Assembly (NCBI GenBank): GCA_964388105.1 | Contig: CAYLYQ010000001.1 | Span: 48,711 to 112,710 of the forward strand | Reading direction: 5' to 3' | DNA length: 64,000 nucleotides | DNA from: an uncultured Acidimicrobiaceae bacterium | GTDB lineage: Bacteria; Actinomycetota; Acidimicrobiia; Spongiisociales; ZC4RG35 | In this document: positions 59,414-64,000 of the stretch, piece after piece | How positions within the stretch are numbered: the first letter of the stretch is position 1 | How the letters are laid out: each line of letters opens with the position of its first letter | Notes under the pieces: generated by a model | What the model was told of the DNA's origin: nothing | Seen by the model: the letters and a program-made list of their open reading frames with translations, nothing else | Databases searched by the model: none | Translations under genes and position numbers: made by a program

Positions 59414-60021
59414 TCCTCCTCGGCCGCGGCGGCCGTGGTCTCGGTGGGCTCGTCCTCCACGGGCGCGGGCGCCTCTTCGGCGGCCGGGACCGGAGCGGGC
59501 TCGCCCGATTCCTTCTTGTCCAAAAGCTGACTGAACATCGAGGCTGCGTTGCGCGTGAACGACGCGAACATGCCCGCCGCCGCGTAGAGCGGCGCCTTGG
59601 CCGCACCGGCGAACTTGGCGAGCAGGACCTCACGCGGCTCGATCTCGGCGAGCCGAGAGACCTCCTCGGGTGTGAGGACCTGTCCCGACAGGTAGCCGGC
59701 CTTGAGCACCAGCGAGTCGCCGGTCTTGGCGAAGTCCTTGAGCGCCTTGGCAGTGGCCACCGGGTCACGATTGGCGAATGCGAGCGCGGTGGGCCCGATC
59801 AGGTGGTCGTCCAAGCCCGTGATCCCGGCGTCTCCGGCGGCGAGCCGGGCCAGGGTCATCTTCACGACCTTGTACTCGGCGCCACTGTCACGAAGGGCAC
59901 GACGAAGCTCGGAGACAGCCTTGACCGAGAGCCCCCGGTACTCCGTGAGGAATACCGCTTCGGCGCTCTCCAGCTTCTCTCGAATGTCTTGTACTGCTTG
60001 GACCTTTTCTGGTCTTGGCAT
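59410..60021 (-). CDS. rplJ: 50S ribosomal protein L10 (with acidic C-terminal extension)
   Basis: [43 protein letters not shown]; stop overlaps rplL start. Confidence 0.9.
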   Translation of the reverse strand: MPRPEKVQAVQDIREKLESAEAVFLTEYRGLSVKAVSELRRALRDSGAEYKVVKMTLARLAAGDAGITGLDDHLIGPTALAFANRDPVATAKALKDFAKTGDSLVLKAGYLSGQVLTPEEVSRLAEIEPREVLLAKFAGAAKAPLYAAAGMFASFTRNAASMFSQLLDKKESGEPAPVPAAEEAPAPVEDEPTETTAAAAEEE

Positions 60022-60506
60022 TTTCTTCTCCTACAACGATCAAACCCCTCGGCCGAACGAACGAGGGGCTTCGAGAGAAGCAACCTGCGCTGGTGGGATC
60101 ACTCCCATTCTGTCGATGACGCCAGCGGTCTTCGGCCGTGGTATTGGTGTTGCGAGCGTCAGTGTATCAGGTGCTGTGTTGCATGTGTCCCCCACGCTCC
60201 GCGTGGGGGACTAATCCCTTCCAGATTTTCCCTGGACACGTGTGGCGGCCCGCGCGACACTTGGGGCGTTGACAATTGGGGGTTTCCGTGAAAACGGCGG
60301 AACCCTGACCGCCCCCGCCGAGCTCACGGACCCGCAGAGGGCCACGAGGCCGACCGAGACCAGCCCCTACCCTGGTCCACAGAGAGAGTGTCGGTCGCGT
60401 GCGGACGGTGGACCTGGCAAACCGGTAGCCCCGGAGCGATGAGTCCGATGCCGCGGAAGCCCCCAAGCCCTAAGAGGAAGGCCCCCGAGGGGGCCTTTCT
60501 CTTGGA
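60022..60506 (-). promoter_or_regulatory. rplJ 5' leader region (L10 leader-type autoregulatory region) with rplA terminator hairpin and an inserted repeat copy
   Basis: 485-bp non-coding gap between rplA stop and rplJ start; hairpin AAGGCCCCC-gag-GGGGGCCTT (~60476-60500) just 3' of rplA; C-hairpin repeat GTCCCCCAC-gctccgc-GTGGGGGAC at 60186-60216. Confidence 0.45.
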
Positions 60507-61220
60507 TCAGCGAGCGAGAGCGGCGAGGTCCTCGATGCGGCCGACGTCGACCTTGACGCCCGGCCCCATGGTCGAAGACACGGTGAGGCTCCTGACGTAG
60601 CGGCCCTTGGCCGCCGCAGGCTTGGCTCGCACCAGTTCGGCCGAGAGGGCGGCGAGGTTGCCGACCAATTGGTCGATATCGAAGGAGGCCTTGCCGACCG
60701 GCACGTGGACGTTCCCGTATCGGTCGTTCCGGTACTCGATCCGGCCGCCCTTGAACTCGGTGACCGCCTTAGCCACTTCCTGCGTCACGGTGCCGGCCTT
60801 GGGATTGGGCATGAGGCCGCGTGGTCCGAGCACACGCCCGAGCTTGCCGACCTCGGCCATCATGTCAGGTGTGGCGATGGCGATGTCGAAATCGAGGGCC
60901 CTGCCCCCCTGGATCGCCTCCACCAGCTCCACGCCACCAACGACGTCGGCCCCTGCCTCGGTGGCTTCCTTCTCGAGGGCGGGTGGGCAGAACACGGCGA
61001 CCCGCACGTTCTTGCCGGTGCCGTGGGGGAGGGGAACCGTGCCGCGTACCAGCTGGTCCGCTTTGCGGGCGTCGATGCCGAGTACGAACACGGCCTCGAT
61101 GGTCTCGTCGAACTTCGCCGAGGCGAGGCTCTTCACCAGTTCCAGCGCCTCGGCCGCCGGGTAGGCCGTCATCTTGTCGTAGCGCGAGGACGCCTCGCGG
61201 TACTTCTTTCCGTGTGCCAT
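60507..61220 (-). CDS. rplA: 50S ribosomal protein L1
   Basis: [16 protein letters not shown]...; [34 protein letters not shown]. Confidence 0.9.
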   Translation of the reverse strand: MAHGKKYREASSRYDKMTAYPAAEALELVKSLASAKFDETIEAVFVLGIDARKADQLVRGTVPLPHGTGKNVRVAVFCPPALEKEATEAGADVVGGVELVEAIQGGRALDFDIAIATPDMMAEVGKLGRVLGPRGLMPNPKAGTVTQEVAKAVTEFKGGRIEYRNDRYGNVHVPVGKASFDIDQLVGNLAALSAELVRAKPAAAKGRYVRSLTVSSTMGPGVKVDVGRIEDLAALAR

Positions 61221-61299
61221 GTGCTCTCCTTTGTGGTTCAGGCGGCCCGGCACGGGCCTCCCACTTCGAGGCAGCGGCCGCGCCGCTGCCGTACCTGGA

Positions 61300-61728
61300 C
61301 TAACCCTCGACGGTGATTCCCATCGAGCGGGCAGTCCCCTCGATGATCTTCATCGCGGCCTCGACGTCGTTGGCGTTGAGGTCGACCATCTTCTGCTCGG
61401 CGATCTCGCGCACTTGCGCGGAGGTCACCCTGCCCACCTTCGTCTTGTTCGGCTCGCCGGAGCCCTTGTCCACGCGCGCCGCCTGCCGCAGCAGACCTGC
61501 CGCCGGGGGCGTCTTGGTGACGAAGGTGAACGACCTGTCCTCGTAGATCGAGATCTCGGCCGGGATGATCTGGCCCCGCTGGTTGGCGGTGGCGTCGTTG
61601 TACGCCTTGACGAAGTCCATCAGGTTGACGCCGTGCGGGCCGAGGACCGTGCCCACAGGGGGCGCCGGTGTGGCCTGTCCAGCGGGCAGCTGGATCTTCA
61701 CGGTGGTGACGAGTCTCTTCCTAGCCAT
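61300..61728 (-). CDS. rplK: 50S ribosomal protein L11
   Basis: [44 protein letters not shown]; track ORF has implausible N-extension. Confidence 0.95.
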   Translation of the reverse strand: MARKRLVTTVKIQLPAGQATPAPPVGTVLGPHGVNLMDFVKAYNDATANQRGQIIPAEISIYEDRSFTFVTKTPPAAGLLRQAARVDKGSGEPNKTKVGRVTSAQVREIAEQKMVDLNANDVEAAMKIIEGTARSMGITVEG

Positions 61729-61735
61729 TTCCTTC

Positions 61736-62374
61736 TCAGTTCTTCTGGATGTCGTCGAAGCCGAGCTCGACAGGGGTGTCGCGCCCGAAGATGTTGACGA
61801 GGACCACGACCTTCTGCTGGTCGATGTTGATCTCCTCGATGACCCCGTTGAAGTCGGCAAACGGGCCGGTGACGACGCGCACCTGCTCGCCGACCTCCCA
61901 TTCGGGCTTGAACCGGGGCTTGGCCTTCTCCTCTTCCTCTTGCACGCCGAGGAAGCGCTCCACCTCGCGGCGGGAGAGCGGACTCGGCTTCTGGGCATTG
62001 CCGGCGACGAAGCCGGTGACGCCAGGGGTGTTGCGCACGGCGTACCAGGAGTCGTCGTCGAGGGTCATCCGGACGAGGATGTATCCGGGGAACACCTTGC
62101 GCGGAACGGTGACCTTCTTGCCGCCCTTGAACTCGACCACGTCCTCCATGGGGATGTGGACCTCGAAGATCCGGTCCTCCATGTGCATCGATTGGATGCG
62201 TGTCTCGAGGTTGGCCTTGACCTTGTTCTCGTACCCCGAGTAGGAGTGGATGACGTACCAGTCGCCGGGGAGGTCGAACGGGCTGAGGGGGCGCGGGGCC
62301 TCCGACTCGGTCGACGCCTCGTCCTCGGCGAGTGCCTCGTGGAGCTCGACCACGGGATCAGGCGCCTGGGTCAC
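61736..62374 (-). CDS. nusG: Transcription termination/antitermination factor NusG
   Basis: [22 protein letters not shown] domain; [37 protein letters not shown]. Confidence 0.9.
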   Translation of the reverse strand: MTQAPDPVVELHEALAEDEASTESEAPRPLSPFDLPGDWYVIHSYSGYENKVKANLETRIQSMHMEDRIFEVHIPMEDVVEFKGGKKVTVPRKVFPGYILVRMTLDDDSWYAVRNTPGVTGFVAGNAQKPSPLSRREVERFLGVQEEEEKAKPRFKPEWEVGEQVRVVTGPFADFNGVIEEINIDQQKVVVLVNIFGRDTPVELGFDDIQKN

Positions 62375-62703
62375 GTTCCCCTCTCGATCAGCCAGATGAC
62401 GGCCTGCTTGGCGACAACGTCCAGTCCGAACACCACGGCGGTGAGGACGGCGGTGGTGATCAGAGTGACGGTGGTGAAGGCGATCATCTGCTCGCGGTTG
62501 GGCCAGGTGACCTTGCGGAGCTCGACCCGCACCTCGTGCAGGTATTCGCCGATCCTGCGGAAGAAGCTCTTCCGCTCGCCCGTGCCCTGGGCGCGCGACT
62601 GCATGGCGGCAGCGCGCTTCTGTGCCGGGCTCGGGCCCGTCTCCTCGGCCTTCTTGCGACGTCGCTCCTCGGCCTCCTGGAGTCGACGCATCTCTCTGTT
62701 CAT
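62371..62703 (-). CDS. secE: Preprotein translocase subunit SecE
   Basis: MNREMRRLQEAEERRRKK...FFRRIGEYLHEVRVELRKVTWP, C-terminal TM; overlaps nusG start. Confidence 0.85.
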   Translation of the reverse strand: MNREMRRLQEAEERRRKKAEETGPSPAQKRAAAMQSRAQGTGERKSFFRRIGEYLHEVRVELRKVTWPNREQMIAFTTVTLITTAVLTAVVFGLDVVAKQAVIWLIERGT

Positions 62704-62734
62704 GTTCTTCCCGTAATCACACGTTGTCGGGTTT

Positions 62735-62810
62735 GGCAGGGGCGGAGGGACTCGAACCCCCATCCTCCGGTTTTGGAGACCGGCGCTCTACCAATTCGAG
62801 CTACACCCCT
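62735..62810 (-). tRNA. tRNA-Trp (anticodon CCA)
   Basis: Minus-strand cloverleaf AGGGGTGTAGCTCGAATTGGTAGAGCGCCGGTCTCCAAAACCGGAGGATGGGGGTTCGAGTCCCTCCGCCCCTGCCA; conserved position upstream of secE-nusG. Confidence 0.85.
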
Positions 62811-62886
62811 AGGGGGTTCGCGGGACACCTGAGTATAAGAGCGAGGAGGCCGTTTGCGTAAATGCCGCCCCTCGGTCGGGAAGCCC

Positions 62887-63033
62887 TCAGGAGGCCTCTC
62901 GAGGTCGGGCCGTCATGTCTTCCACCGCGGGAGAGGCGGCACAGTTCGGACAGGGATCTCCCGGCAGGCGATCTTCGGAGATCGTCCCGCACTCGGCACA
63001 GACCTCGTGCATCCAGCAGGCCGGATCACCCAT
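62887..63033 (-). CDS. Putative small zinc-ribbon protein (47 aa), below the ORF-track size cutoff
   Basis: Manual translation MGDPACWMHEVCAECGTISEDRLPGDPCPNCAASPAVEDMTARPREAS with CxxC...CxxC; ATG overlaps stop of upstream membrane-protein gene (ATGGGTGA). Confidence 0.35.
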   Translation of the reverse strand: MGDPACWMHEVCAECGTISEDRLPGDPCPNCAASPAVEDMTARPREAS

Positions 63034-63775
63034 CGACGGGGGCCACTTCGGTCGGGCGGCGCGGTTCTTCGACGTCCGTCAATCGTCCCCGGTTCTCTGT
63101 GGCCTCGAGCGACAGCACGGTTCTCCGGATCGCCAGCAAAGCCAGCCCTCCGGTCAGGATCAGAACCAGGGCAATCATCTCCATGCCTTCCTGAATGCCC
63201 ATGAGAAGGAAGTCCCCGGCCTCCATCGTCATCCCGCTGGTCCAGGAGAGAGTCCTCATGTAGTTCATGTGCTCCAGCTGTTCGACACCGAAACCTCCCA
63301 GCCAGAAGACCCCGAGCCCGGTAGCCATCAAGACCCCTGCCCGGCGCGGGACGGCGCGAAGAACTGCCCATGCCATCACGAGAAAGAGAGGCAGGAGCGC
63401 GAACCCGATGAGGGCAGTTCCCACCATGCCGTCGTCCCCCCGACCAGCGGTGTCGGCAACGCTGCTCCCCAGGCCTTCGTGGACCATCGCGACCTCATCG
63501 ACGGCGTAGAGCACCAAACCGATACCGAGAACGGCAAGCGCCCGATAGCGATGCCCGTTGCGACGGCCCGCCGCGGCCGCTCCCAAGGCCAGAGCCCCGG
63601 CCACCAGGCCCAGAATCGAAGCATATGAAGTGCCGAAAGAGCCCTCCTCGCCAAGGTTGAACAGGCGAAAGCCTTCCCACTCCCCGTTGCCCAGGACGAA
63701 GTGGCCAGCGGTCAGAACTGCCGCTATTGCCGTCAGAACCAGACCCGCCGCGCGAACCGGAACCCGAAAATGCAC
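63026..63775 (-). CDS. Hypothetical polytopic membrane protein
   Basis: ~7 hydrophobic helices (e.g. VLTAIAAVLTAGHFVL, ILGLVAGALALGAAAAG, LAVLGIGLVLYAV, MIALVLILTGGLALLAI). Confidence 0.5.
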   Translation of the reverse strand: MHFRVPVRAAGLVLTAIAAVLTAGHFVLGNGEWEGFRLFNLGEEGSFGTSYASILGLVAGALALGAAAAGRRNGHRYRALAVLGIGLVLYAVDEVAMVHEGLGSSVADTAGRGDDGMVGTALIGFALLPLFLVMAWAVLRAVPRRAGVLMATGLGVFWLGGFGVEQLEHMNYMRTLSWTSGMTMEAGDFLLMGIQEGMEMIALVLILTGGLALLAIRRTVLSLEATENRGRLTDVEEPRRPTEVAPVDG

Positions 63776-63839
63776 TCAGAACCTCCCCATCGGATCCGAA
63801 ATCTAGCGAGTGAGTCGTGCGATCGTGCCGGGCAAGCGG

Positions 63840-64000
63840 TCAATTCGCCCGGGGCCGAAGCCGCCAGATGATGATCGCCGCAGCCATGGACAGGAGGGTG
63901 GCGGCGACGGCCACCGGGCGTCGCCAGGACCGAGGGATGGCCAGATCCCCCTCCAGCGACGACATCACGCGCCACTCCAGGTCGGCCGGCGCCTCGTCGC
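63840..64000 (-). CDS. C-terminal fragment of a membrane-anchored protein whose gene starts beyond the window end
   Basis: Minus-strand frame ...DEAPADLEWRVMSSLEGDLAIPRSWRRPVAVAATLLSMAAAIIIWRLRPRAN-stop read by hand. Confidence 0.3.
   Translation of the reverse strand, partial: DEAPADLEWRVMSSLEGDLAIPRSWRRPVAVAATLLSMAAAIIIWRLRPRAN

Noticed and set aside
62801-62992. 63-aa minus ORF overlapping tRNA-Trp
   Set aside because: Overlaps the tRNA gene, Arg/Leu-rich low-complexity; the adjacent zinc-ribbon frame is more credible.

Overview
This is a high-GC (about 68-70%) actinobacterial chromosomal window, densely packed with housekeeping genes and showing clear synteny blocks. The blocks are folE / ftsH-hpt-tilS-(Zn-hydrolase); sigH-rsrA; tRNA-Thr / holB-tmk / topA; PIN-PhoH2 / PolX; and a complete Tad/Flp pilus locus (ssd-like, cpaF, tadB, tadC, flp, two tadE-like) next to a HAD hydrolase and ispD. 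After these come a GNAT-secreted protein-GDPD operon, hup, a crotonase, an aminotransferase, a single-polypeptide E1 alpha/beta 2-oxoacid dehydrogenase, a MutT1-like Nudix-histidine-phosphatase, a tandem ABC exporter pair, a DUF853/YjgR (HerA-like) ATPase with a long coiled-coil tail, a group-2 sigma factor, ctaA, cysK-like, marR/yceI, a FNR-like reductase, maeB, hflX, ppgK/gnd, serB, pepN and the conserved tRNA-Trp-secE-nusG-rplK-rplA-rplJ-rplL cluster. I found no transposase, integrase, phage genes or CRISPR array. Five things are not explained by ordinary annotation. (1) A mosaic family of GC-rich extragenic hairpin repeats, core CTCCCCCAC-N2-9-GTGGGGGAG plus two optional 5' modules, present in at least 8 copies in intergenic or terminator positions. 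(2) An AT-richer operator-dense promoter with a 30-codon uORF driving a HicB-like RHH protein translationally coupled to a DUF4097 beta-repeat protein. (3) The standalone DUF853 ATPase with a coiled-coil extension. (4) A hairpin-rich structured intergenic region downstream of cysK carrying a 16S-3'-end-like CACCUCCUUUCU motif. (5) An unlisted 47-codon zinc-ribbon ORF whose start overlaps the stop of a membrane protein gene. Coordinates for refined starts and non-coding elements were read by hand and may be off by 1-2 nt. Long Arg/Pro/Gly-rich ORFs antisense to real genes were treated as high-GC artefacts.
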